A DNA stretch of 64,000 nucleotides. Source: Octopus sinensis (taxonomy: Eukaryota). The notes under the pieces are model-generated. The model was not told the DNA's origin. It saw only the letters and a list, made by a program, of their open reading frames with translations, and did no database searches. The position numbers and the translations under genes are program-made. This document shows, in pieces, positions 26,272 through 37,805 of the stretch. Each line of letters starts with the position of its first letter. Position 1 is the stretch's first letter. The DNA lies in assembly GCF_006345805.1 (NCBI RefSeq), contig NC_043000.1:70866001-70930000 (forward strand). The letters run 5' to 3'.

Positions 26272-27855
26272 AAATTTCTTCATAAAATGTAGGTTGGATA
26301 TTATTCTTTCTTAATATATTTTGATTGGTTGCTTATATGTTTATTTTGAAAAAATTCTGCATTTATATTAACGATCATTAAAAAAACATATTTTAATCTC
26401 CAGTCGCAGCTATTGCTTTTCCATGGGTTTTCAATTCCAAACCCGGCGCCATTTCAGAGTTCCGAATTTCTTTGTCCATATCTGATCATTTATATTTTCT
26501 TATATTACTAAATTTTCTTTCAACATTTCTAAGCAATTCATTTTGCATCTTGAACATATCCGATAATGGATTATTTATATTTCAATGAACCGTTATGTTT
26601 ACTCCCCAAAAGAAATTCTTCCTTGCCGGTATGAAGACATACGTTCCTAAGTCAATACAAAAGGGTTTCCAGTTTGTGTGTGTGTGAGTGTAAAGAAATA
26701 TTTATGATTATATTGCTTGATCTAAGAATAAAAACTTACTAAAACACGAGATCGTTGGTTATAGAAATAGTACGATAGCCTTTTATTTTTTATTGTTCTA
26801 CAAAACCAAAACCTCGGAAACCATCGCGATGTGTATATGATGTGTAACCTATTTCAACCTCTTTCTATGTAGTTAACAACATCGTCAATGATATCAAATA
26901 TACTACTTCATGCCTCATCATTCATATATACAACGACTGCGTGCCTTATCATTCATAAATATAAATACTTACCAAGACACACCTAAACATTTCTGAAACT
27001 TGATCTTAAAATGTTTCTCATCTGGTCCATCCAAATTTACCCCCAATAATATCGTGCAAAGAAAAACTAGATGATTCAAATTATCCTAAATGAACTTTAT
27101 GGAAAACAAAGTCTATTCTAGATTTAACTCGTTTATACCTGAGAACAACAGCATAGTCAGACATGCGGTGTGTGTGATGTTACAGCTCGGACATGTTACT
27201 CTCACCACTTTGTTGTTTTAGTTCATCTCAGATCTATTATCAAAGGCGTCCTAGCCGTGACTACCTCATCTTTTCATGTGTCAAGGTCTACATTGTTCGA
27301 TATATCGATTATATAAGACGCTAGGGTGTGATTTGAGGGTAATTTTTGTAGATCGAGCAGCAAAAATTGTGACTAGATTGGTGCTCTGAAAAAAAATTTA
27401 TATTGTTTAGTAAATATTTGCAGTGATATGCTTTTGAGTGACTATGATTATAAATAATATATTTAAACACATATTTCGAATCACTGTCCACTTCGACTTT
27501 GTTACCTCATAACGCTCTTTAAAATGTATATTTTAAATAGAATTTTGCAGAACTACGTTTTCAAGAGCATAGATTATATAATATTCATGTTTCAAACATA
27601 TAAAACTGAAAAATAACGAGACTTACCTTAAGTTATAGGAATTGCTCGTAACTAAGTCGGTGGAGGAGAATAATCCGAAACGTTTTTTTATTTGTTTTGT
27701 TGTTCTGCATTTTATCTATATAGTTATAATCTACACACTCTCGAAAATGTATTTCTGCAAAATGTGATTTAAAAATATGCATTTTAATGAGTGTTATGAG
27801 GAAACAAAGTCGAGATTGGGAAGAACGATTCAAAACTTCTCTAATAACAATTTTT

Positions 27856-28969
27856 GGATCTTTTCCTTTTGAACGGCAGTTTTCAACACAATTTCTAGTT
27901 AACTAAACACTTTTAAACTTCGTATACTGGTAGAATGTGTCAAAATAAAACATTTGGCAATCTTTCGTCTCTAGTAGACCTTTCCGTCGATTTCCGTAAA
28001 TTTTTTTTTTTTTTTTTTTACATATGGGCTTGCGGGAACTTTTGAAGTAATGAGAGCGAAAGAGACTAAGAGGGAAGTTCTTTTGAAGTTACCGTGCATG
28101 GGAAGCATTGATGTACATGTGTGTGTGTGTGTGTGTGTGTTTCATGGGGTGTGGGAGACAGACAGTATGTTGTGTAAGTGAAGTGCTTCTGTTAGTGTGT
28201 GTGAAAGAAAGAGATAACTGAAATTTTTTTCGGTGTATGTGTATATGTATGTATATTACTTCAAAAGTTCCCGCAAGCCCATATGTAAAAAAAAAAAAAT
28301 TTTTACGGAAATCGACGGAAAGGTCTACTAGAGACGAAAGATCGCCAAACATTTTTTTTCTCTTGGCTTTCTTGAGAAAATTATAATTTGTAAGTTTAAC
28401 GTAGTTTAATTTTTCGAATTTTAACCAATCGTATGGCCTCTATTGAGCTAAAATCATTTGCTGCGTCTAAAACAGACAACATCCTGTCACTAACCCTAAC
28501 TTTTAGCCTTTCGTTTTTTTTTTTTCTTAATTGTTAAATTAATTTAAGGATAACAATTAAGAAAAAAAAAACGAAAGCAATGGAAAATAATTTTAATTTA
28601 ACAATTAAGAAAAAAAAACGAAAGCAAAAACTCAAAACAAAACGAATAATTTTAGACACGCGTAACAATTAAATTAATTTAACAATTAAGAAAAAAAAAA
28701 TGAAAGGCTAAAATTTAGGGTTAGGGTTGGGGTGAAGGTTAGAGTTAGGGTTAGTGACAGGATGTTGTCTCAGTTTTAGACGCAGCAAATGATTTTAGCT
28801 CAATAATTCGAAAAATTAAACTATGTTACACTTACAAATTACAATTTTCTCAAGAAAGCCAAGAGAAAAAAATGTTTTATTTTGACACATTCTACCAGTA
28901 TACGAAGTTTAAAAGTGTTTAGTTAACTAGAAATTGTGTTGAAAACTGCCGTTCAAAAGGAAAGGATCC
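27856..28969. mobile_element. Long-TIR foldback MITE (host) with 8-bp TSD CAATTTTT
   Basis: Termini GGATCYTTTCCTTTTGAACGG. TSD at 27848-27855 and 28970-28977. Arms about 300 bp once the nested insert is removed. Confidence 0.9.
27956..28346. mobile_element. Foldback MITE nested in the left TIR of 27856-28969, 8-bp TSD AAACATTT
   Basis: Termini GGCRATCTTTCGTCTCTAGTAGACC. TSD at 27948-27955 and 28347-28354. The right host arm shows the empty site. Confidence 0.9.
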
Positions 28970-29539
28970 CAATTTTTTAACGTTATTACTGTAGTTGTAA
29001 TGTACATTCTCGAAAACGTATCTGCAAAATTTCATTTAAAAATATGGTATAGTTTTACTATTATACCCGTTTCACTTTATAAATGTGATTTACCTAATGA
29101 ACGAGTGGTTTTCCGATGATTTTAATGGTCAGATTTTTTCAAACCTCAAAACCATAGGAAGGACATGGGCGGGGGTCGGTTGTTTGCCACCCGACTCCAC
29201 TCTCCCCACAAATTTTCCCGTCATTTTAACTGTATTTTTGTTCTTTTACATTTAATCAGGAAACATAGGTGATAATTTTAGTTCCTGCACTGTTATTTTG
29301 TTAACAGCGTAGCATCTAGAACCCTAAACACTTTATGTTACCTAAATTCTGAAATATGATAGATTTGTTTGATCAGAAACAAATTTCTTGAGACGTCAAA
29401 TGTTTTTTATCGTTTTTCGTCTCATTTCCACTCTTGTTTTCTTTTAGAATTGACATAACTTTCTAAAATAGTGCAGCATATGCTGCATTATTCTTTATTA
29501 ACACTCCAAATAAAAATGTGATAGTGGATGTCAGAATAT

Positions 29540-30092
29540 GATTCTTTATCGAACGTTGGGCCTCACAGAGGCAATGACAAGAAACTGAGACCTTTGGAAA
29601 TATGCTGTGATCAAGGAGACCCAGCAAGTAAAGTGAGATCACAGCTGTGGCTGATACCAGTTTCGCATAACCAGTCAATTTAAAAGTACCCTTGAATCGC
29701 GGGGCAACATGCTGTGTTTGAGAAGACATGTTAAGTCAAGTGAAATCGTAGTTGTAGTTGATGTCAGGGCTCCCTGACTGGCTCTCCATGCTGGTGGCAT
29801 GTAATAACATCATTCAGGCGTGAGTCGATGCCAGGGCCGCCTGACTGGCTCTCCGTGCCGGTGGCACATAAAAAGCACCATCCAAACGTGGTTGATACCA
29901 GTGCTGCCTGACTGGCTCCTGTACCAGTGGCATGTAAAAAGCACCCACTACACTTTCAGAGTGGTTGGCGTTAGGAAGGGCATCCAGCTGTAGAAACCTT
30001 GCCAGATCAGACTGGAGCTTGGTGCAGCCTACTGGCTTGCTAGTCCTTTGTCAAACCGTCCACCTATGCCAGCATGAGAAACGGACGTCAGT
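29540..30092 (+). mobile_element. RTE-type LINE 3' UTR fragment
   Basis: Homologous to 47090-47560 and 31335-31895. Confidence 0.8.
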
Positions 30093-31124
30093 TGCTGAAA
30101 TCTACTGGGTAGGATTCACTACTTACTCTATAACATCAAATTTAATGTAGACTATTTTGTAAGTAACAAATTTATAAGCATTAACTGGAATATGTCTCAA
30201 AGATTTTTTTGACTTCATATACTTATTAAATGTCCAGAGCAAGTATTGTATGTAGCTCATCACCTTTTAAATATAGTAATAAATCTTTTGATACTTTTCA
30301 GTTGTGATTCAAAGGTTTCTTTCACTTTTTCACATGCTAACATAACTGTAATGGTGTAAGTTCAATATGTACTGTTGTCACCACCTTCATTGAATGTTCC
30401 AAAAGTGATAGTAAACAACAGTTATGTCAGTGCTGCTGGGAGTCCTCATCAAAATTAAGCAGCACACTCTGGTTCCCATGCTATTCAGCATATAATGACA
30501 GACAGTCAAACATGTATATGCTTGCTTGAGAAGAGCTCCGGAGTAAAATGCCAGGATTTCATGTACTAGAGAAAATAAACTATATTAAATATGCAAAGTG
30601 AATTATTAAAGAAAAATATCATGGTTTGATCAGGATTCAAATTGAAAATATTTCTTGAAAGTGTTAAAGAGTTATGAACTGTTGAACTAAGTAGAGTTAA
30701 GGTTTAGCAAATGAATAATACAGTGGTAAAACTGACTGATTGAATTCTGTTTGTAATATGATCAACTGATATGCACTTAGCATGCCTCTGTTTAGAGAGA
30801 ATTTTTTACATGACAATACTAAAATCGTTTATTGTCACCAAAGCCACTCAGAATTTACTTCCATTATTTCTTTTACTTCTTTCAGTCATTAGACAGTGGG
30901 GCATGCTGGGGCACTGGCCTTGAAGAATTTTTAGCTGACTGAATTGACACCAGAACTTATTCTTTTATAAGCCTGGTATTCTCTTAGTTCCTTTTGCTGA
31001 ATTGTTAAGTTACAAGATGTAAATATACCAACACCAGTTATCAAGCAGTGGTGGGAGACAAACACACACGCATGCATGCACATGTGTGTGTATGTGTATA
31101 TATATATGTGTGTGTGTGCGACCG

Positions 31125-31315
31125 CATGTGTATTGTTGGCAAATTTTTTCTTCCGTCTTCCCTTCCTTGGATCTTTCCTTTTCCTATGTTTCTGACGAAG
31201 AGCTCCGCTCGAAACGTTAAATCCTCCTTCTTTCTTTCCTTTCCTGAGCGTCCAATAACACTATACTTCTCCATGTCCTCGCGTTGTTGTGTTTTCATGT
31301 TTGGATTAACTATGT
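31125..31315 (+). mobile_element. Penelope-like pseudo-LTR fragment
   Basis: Pyrimidine-rich stretch containing CTGACGAAG...CGAAACGTT, the typical PLE pLTR signature. Confidence 0.55.
31188..31222 (+). ncRNA. Minimal hammerhead ribozyme-like motif
   Basis: GUUU-CUGACGA-(A)-GAGC/UCC/GCUC-GAAA-CGUU-AAAU: core boxes, 4-bp stem II, palindromic AACGUU stem III and 4-bp stem I. Confidence 0.55.
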
Positions 31316-31334
31316 ATATATATATATGGTTGCG

Positions 31335-31895
31335 ATACCTGTGCCGGTGGCATGTAAAATGCACCATCCGTATGTGGCCGATGCCAGCGCCGCCTTGACT
31401 GGCTTCTGTGCCGGTGGCATGTAAAAAGCAATAACCGTTCGTGCCCATTGCCAGCCTGCCCTGGCACCTGTGCTGGTGGCACGTAAAAAGCACCATCCGT
31501 ATGTGGCCATTGCCAGCCTACCCTTGCACCTGTGCTGGTGGCACCTAAAAAGCACCATCCGTATGTGGCCGATGCCTGCGCCGCCATGACTGGCTTCCGT
31601 ATCGGTGGCACGTAAAAACCACCAACCGGATTGTGGCCATTGCCAGCCTCCCTTGGCACCTGTGCCGGTGGCACGTAAAAAAGCACCCACTACACTCATG
31701 GAGTAGTTGGCATTAGGAAGGGCATCCAGCTGTAGAAACACTGCCAGATCAGTATGTGACCGATGCCAGCACCTCCTTGACTGGCTTCCGTGCCGATGGT
31801 ACAGTCTGGTACAGCCTCCTGGTTCTCAGACCCCGGTCGAACCATCCAACCCATGCTAGCATGGAAAATGGACGTTAAACGATGATGATCATCAT
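31335..31895 (+). mobile_element. RTE-type 3' UTR with six tandem 61-67-bp units
   Basis: GGCAYGTAAAAAGCACC recurs at about 31353, 31417, 31478, 31540, 31607 and 31670, then the family 3' end with a (TGA)n tail. Confidence 0.8.
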
Positions 31896-32210
31896 CATAC
31901 ACACAATGGGATTCTTTCAGTTTCCATCTACCAAATTCACTCACAAAGTTTTGGTCAGCCTGAGGTTATAGTAGATGACACTTGCCCAAGGTGCCAAGTA
32001 GTGGGACTGAACCCAGAACCATGTGGTCAGGAAGCAAACTTATTATACAATCACACCTGAACATTGTGAATGAAATGTACTCACAGACTATGAAAGTTAT
32101 TATTTTATTCCCTTTTAAAGTATTTTTTATCAATTTACTTTACATCTATCATTTTCATATGAATGCATCCATCAACTAATATATATTTATATTTTTTTGC
32201 AGCTTCCATC

Positions 32211-33146
32211 ATGAGTAATAATCAAATCCGACTTCAGTGCAAGAGCAGTGCTGGCAAACATGTACTCACTGGTTTAACTATGCAGTCTACTGTTGCTTGT
32301 CTGAAGCAGCTTATTACCAAAGTCACCAACATTCCTTCGGAACAACAAAAAATCTTTTATGGTTATCCTCCAAAGCATGCTAATCTTAGTGATGACAACT
32401 TACAGCTTTCAAATTGTCCTTTCCGATCTGGAGATCTTCTTATTGTGGAAAAGAGCCTGGGTCCAAAAGTCAAAGATTCCTCTAGCAAACCACTTTCTTC
32501 CATTGAAAAAAGTACTACTATACCAAAGACTAGGAAATCATCAGGTATATTAATACGAAAGGTTGTACCAGCCAATAATTCTTGTTTATTCACAAGTGTT
32601 AATACAGTGATGAATAATGGATTAGTTGATCTTTCATGTGCTGATTCTATGCGGAAATTAGCTGCAAAAATAGTTATGAATGATCCAGTAACATATTCTA
32701 CAGCTTTACTTGGACAAGAGAATTCTAAATATATTAACTGGCTTTTAAAAGAAGATTCTTGGGGGGGTGCTATTGAAATTTCTGTGCTAAGCAAACATTA
32801 TAATGTCGAAATTGATGTGGTTGACACACAATCAGGTCGTATTGATCGATTTGGTGAAGATCAAAAATACGATAAAAGAGTATTATTGATTTATGATGGA
32901 ATTCACTATGATCCTTTGATATTGGAACTTGATGATTCTACATGTGAAACTATTTTTTCGACTAGTGATGATGATGTGTTGCAGCAAGCCCTTGAAATTG
33001 CAGCTGTTGCTAAAGCAAATAGGCAATTTACTGATGTGAATAAATTCACTTTGCGTTGTATAGTTTGTCAGACCCAGTTAACAGGCCAGTCAGAAGCTCA
33101 ACAACATGCTGAGCAGACTGGTCACATTCAATTTGGACAGATTTAA
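32211..33146 (+). CDS. YOD1: Ubiquitin thioesterase OTU1 (YOD1), 311 aa, single coding exon
   Basis: N-terminal UBX/ubiquitin-like domain (..YGYPPK), OTU box VPANNSCLFTSV (Cys125), WGGAIEIS, RIDRFGED, RVLLIYDGIHYDPL (His232) and C-terminal C2H2 CIVCQ...H...TGH..FGQI. Splice acceptor TTTTTTTGCAG at 32202, 8 nt before the ATG. Confidence 0.97.
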   Translation: MSNNQIRLQCKSSAGKHVLTGLTMQSTVACLKQLITKVTNIPSEQQKIFYGYPPKHANLSDDNLQLSNCPFRSGDLLIVEKSLGPKVKDSSSKPLSSIEKSTTIPKTRKSSGILIRKVVPANNSCLFTSVNTVMNNGLVDLSCADSMRKLAAKIVMNDPVTYSTALLGQENSKYINWLLKEDSWGGAIEISVLSKHYNVEIDVVDTQSGRIDRFGEDQKYDKRVLLIYDGIHYDPLILELDDSTCETIFSTSDDDVLQQALEIAAVAKANRQFTDVNKFTLRCIVCQTQLTGQSEAQQHAEQTGHIQFGQI

Positions 33147-33454
33147 TTATGTATTCCAATTATCAGGTTAATCAGTTGTGTTGGTGTAGCTTGTATGATA
33201 AGTGTCATGTACTTTATATACAATCAACATATTCAGTTGAAAAGTTTTTAATATATGTGGCGGGGGGTTTTTGTCTCCTTTTTTTTTAGTAACTCATCTT
33301 AATATTTAAAGCATTCAGGGATTTTCTAAATTTTATCTTCAAGCATTTGGAATCAAAATTTTTTATTTAACGTGCAAATACAGTAATATTATTTAATGTT
33401 GAATGTTATTTGTTGAATTGATTAGGTCTCTGGTAATTAAGTGAACTATGTCAA

Positions 33455-33482
33455 TATGATTATATATGTATGTGTGTGTGCA

Positions 33483-33516
<34 letters not shown>

Positions 33517-33612
33517 GTATGCATTTATATGTATGTATGTATATATATATATATTTATATATATATATATTGTGTGTGTGTGTATATGTATATCTATGTG
33601 TATATATATAAA
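33455..33612. repeat. (TA/TG)n microsatellite
   Basis: Direct inspection. Confidence 0.9.
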
Positions 33613-33813
33613 GGAATACAAAAAATGGGTCAAGAACGCATAACATCCAGATAGATGATAAAAAAAAGGACAACAAAAAACAAGGACAGGTAATTCAGAG
33701 TTTTCTTTCCTCAGTCAAGTTCGAGATTATCTTTGCAGTTTCGGCTGGTTATATATATATATATATATAAAACTTTGTAAAATGTTCCATAATAGTATAT
33801 ATGCATGATACTG

Positions 33814-33855
<42 letters not shown>

Positions 33856-36077
33856 TTTGGTTTATTGGTATTTTTTTGCCGTGGGGAAACATAGTCAAAA
33901 TAGCAATAATACTGACTTGAAATTGAACCTGAGATATCAGAATGAGTTGTAAAATAGTAACAAGGGAAAATTTACGAAAGTTTCCCGTAGGTAATGATTG
34001 TCTACATCAACAGCAATATGAGATGTGATAGTAAAATATAAGTATGTATGTGTGTGCCATTTAATATACAAAAGACTTATTAAATGCAAGCTATTTTAAG
34101 TTTCATACAGTGGTCAGACAAGCTTGTAAAGCATGCTGTGTATTTTTAGACTGATATATCAATACAATTAAATGTCAGGCTCCAAATTTTGAGCCCAAAT
34201 GATTGCTTGAAACTACATGACATGTTGTACAAGCTCATCAAGCCATTGTTTATGTAGCTCGCATTTAAAGCCTGTGTGTATTAAATGATACTTATCTCTC
34301 ACTGGGTGGAGTATATATATATATTTATAAACATACATACATATATACATACACACACACTCATGTATATCATTTACTTACATACAATCTGCCTCTCTAC
34401 TCCATTGTCTTTTATTTTCTCTGTGATATGCATTCTGTTGTTTTAACATGCCATCAATCGCTAAGTTTTACTTTCTTCACTTATTTTTTTTTCTCTTCTA
34501 TTTCATTCTGGCTGTTGACTATTTATTTATTATTTTCTGTATAGGTATATAGATGAAAGGGTCAGTTCTCTTTTGGTCTATGACCTGAAAATAGAGATGT
34601 GGATGCTTCTACAGACTATAATAATGTAAATGCTTAGCACTATAGATAATATACAAAGAGTTGATGAAGCATGTACTGAATCTTAGCAAGATGATATTTC
34701 TGTTTTGGATGTAGTTCTATTGGCAGGTCAAAGGCTGGGCTTGTGCTGCTCGCGAATCAGTAATTTTTCTCTACATCAGTAAATACTTGTATTGAACCAA
34801 TAAAACAAGTAAGGTGTAAAAAGAAGATACAAGAAGAAATTTGCATATCACCAAAATCTCATGTTTTTCTGGTTCTTTTAAAATGACTACTTTATCACAC
34901 GACAGCTGCTGCTTTGTTCAAATATGAGATTCTTTAAACTTTTATATAATCGAATTTTAATTTCCATTAAATTTTGCCATATTAAACTATATCGCAAATA
35001 AATTGAATATACAGTATTAAACAATCTCTACTAGATGATTCAATTCTAATATTTATCTTTAATATAAATGCTATTTTCAAATGATTTTTCTTTGTTTTGT
35101 CAAAGCTGACTTATTCATGGATTTTCTGTTTTCTTTTTGAAGGTATGGAATAAAAATCTCTATGTGTAGATGTATCAAAATAATTTAATGTCTAATGTTA
35201 CAATTGACAAATTAAAATGAATTTATAAAAAATGAAACTGTTTAAATTTCAAATATATATATATATATGTACATGTGTATATATGTATATATGTGTATGT
35301 ATATATATATATAATCTTTTTTAATATCATAAGTGCTTTCTATATATGTATGCATGTGCATACATGCAAACTCACACATACACAAACCTCTGGTACTACT
35401 TAAGTCATGTAATCATATTTTACTTCTTTCAGAATTTGAGATCAATGTATCTATAGGATATTTGTGTTAAGTATGTCAATATATCTAAGAACCAGTCAAG
35501 AAGTTGGAAGGTTGTATCATATCACTTATGTTATGCAGTGACAGCGGTCAATTACTCTAAATAGTAGGTACAACAGAATGTAATGGTTCATTACAGTAGG
35601 CAGTAACAACACTATAAATTTGATAAGTATTTTATTGATGAGTTCACCTTTTGTGGGTATGACTGAGAGTAGAGTTTTATTGGTTTAACAGTTATGAAAA
35701 GTCATTTGATTTGATTTTTGTAGATAGATTGTTTATGTCAAGTAAATCCATTCAAATCTAATATAAAGTCTCATAATAAGCAGTTGGTTAAACCAAACTA
35801 TGCATCATAAAGCATTTCTAATTTGATTTAATTCTGAAAATATGAGAGAAGTATTATATTTACAACACTGATCCTAATGATAACTGATATGTATGTTTAT
35901 ATAGATGAGTGAGTTGAAAGCTTTACTGTTTGATGAATATTTAACATGTATCTTGTCACTGAGACACTTAATTTTCAGTGGCCATCTCCCAGAGACACTG
36001 CAGAGAAATACAATTTGTCACTGTTGGAAGCAGAAGGAATGTTATATATTTGCACAATATTTCATCAACTTGTTTAA

Positions 36078-36288
36078 CCCTTTAGCATTTAATCCAGCCA
36101 AAATATTCTGCCTGTTTTATGTTCACACCAGCCAGAACTAGCCTCTCACACTTACTGTTATAATGTCATTCTAAAATTAAACAATCACATCATCAAAATC
36201 TCAAAACTACAAGATAATGCATGATTAATTCAAAGCAATATGAATAAATCAGCATAATATTTAACAGAGTAATCTGAATATTAAAGGC
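36078..36288. mobile_element. piggyBac-like MITE with TTAA target sites
   Basis: TTAA|CCCTTTAGCATT ... AATATTAAAGGC|TTAA. TTAA at 36074-36077 and 36289-36292. Confidence 0.75.
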
Positions 36289-37416
36289 TTAAAGGTAAAA
36301 GGCCTTTCAAGTACAGTGCAAGCAAGGGGGAAACAACTCAAGTGTATATTACTGAGTTAATCCTGAAAACAACCTTAACATCTCAATAGATCACTTAACG
36401 TGATATACACACACATATATGTGTAGGTCACAGTATAACTTTGTAAAGTTATATGTTAACAAAGCAAGAAATGTATCAAAATTTTATTAAATATATATCC
36501 TTTTTATCAAACCATAATTTTATATTTCAGTACTATATGTTTCAAAGATAAGATACTAATAGGCACAAGTATGTGCAGTTAAATTTTCTTTACAACTATG
36601 TGTTTGTGGCTTCAATCCAACAGCACATCTTGAACAAGTGTCTTGTACTGTACCTTTAGGTTGACCAATACTTTGTGATTGGAACTTGATGGGTAGGAAC
36701 TGCAAAAGCCCGCCATGTGTGTTTATGTCTTTAACCAATTAAAAAAATTGAAAATTCAGTACTTACAGACTGGGTGATGTATGTTTTGCACTATATTACA
36801 CTCTTGTCACTTTCTTAGAAATGCAATTACACAGTGACAGGCCCTTTGAAGCCTGTCACTAGTGATGCTATTGTAGGTATGTTCATGTGCTTAAGAAATT
36901 TGCTCTGTAATCATTCAATCTTATTGCATAGCACCTTGGGGAAACGTCTTAACCACTATGCTTGGGAAAATATTGTATTTATTTTAATTTACATTACAGT
37001 TGATGAAGAATAGCATTGTTGGTTACAGGATTCCTACAAGCCAATTACTATACTACAGGCAGGCAGATATGGCTGTGTGGTAAGAAGTTTGCATCTCAAC
37101 CACATGGTTTTGGATGATGGTGGACAAACAGACACAAAGACATACACACACACACGTGTGTGTGTGTGTGTATATATATACATACACACAAAGGTCTTCT
37201 TTCATGTTCCATGTAGGTGTCATGAAGTGTGACTGAATCTGGAACCACAAGGCCAGGAAGCAAGCTTCTTGCCATGCCTGCACTATTTTTTTTTTTTTTT
37301 TTTTTTTTTTGCAAGGTAAAGGTTCTAGCTCATGAACTTGGTTTGTCCTTATCTCATGAATTTAACTGCCACTACTTCTAAAGTCATAACATGATTTAAA
37401 ATTCTGGTATCCAACC

Positions 37417-37805
37417 AGGCATAGGAGTGGCTGTATGGTAAGTATCTTGTTTACCAACCACATGGTTCCGGGTTCAGTCCCACTGCATGGCACCTTGGGT
37501 AAGTGTCTTCTACTATAGCCTCGGGCCAACCAAAGCCTTGTGAGTGGATTTGGTAGACGGAAACTGAAAGAAGCCCATCGTATATATGTATATGCGTTTG
37601 TGTGTCTGTGTTTGTCCCCCTAGCATTGCTTGACAACCGATGCTGGTGTGTTTATGTCCCCGTTACTTAACGGTTCGGCAAAAGAGACCAATAGAATAAG
37701 TACTGGGCTTACAAAAGAATAAGTCCCGGGGTCGAGTTGCTTGATTAAAGGCGGTGCTCCAGCATGGCCGCAGTCAAATGATTGAAACAAGTAAAAGAGT
37801 AAAGG
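37417..37805 (+). mobile_element. Full-length tRNA-derived SINE (family A)
   Basis: A box TGGCTGTATGGT, B box GGTTCAGTCCC, CORE-like CTTGGGTAAGTG, internal microsatellite and tail TGAAACAAGTAAAAGAGTAAA. Many partial copies in the window. Confidence 0.9.

Larger units (their letters stand above)
30870..32055 (-). mobile_element. SINE family A split into a 3' half (30870-31065) and a 5' half (31895-32055) by nested inserts
   Basis: Both halves match the reverse complement of 37417-37805. The break lies at the SINE's internal microsatellite. Confidence 0.75.

Noticed and set aside
28714-28756. TTAGGG-like telomeric repeats
   Set aside because: Only a few degenerate units, located inside the arm of a foldback MITE. 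Not a telomere or fusion scar.
32163-32210. ORF-track N-terminal extension MHPSTNIYLYFFAASI of YOD1
   Set aside because: It overlaps a polypyrimidine tract and AG acceptor. Homology begins at the ATG at 32211.
34543-35470. Acceptor-like sites at about 34543 and 35430 downstream of YOD1
   Set aside because: No open coding frame or convincing paired donors. They could be UTR or non-coding exons, but the sequence alone cannot support that.
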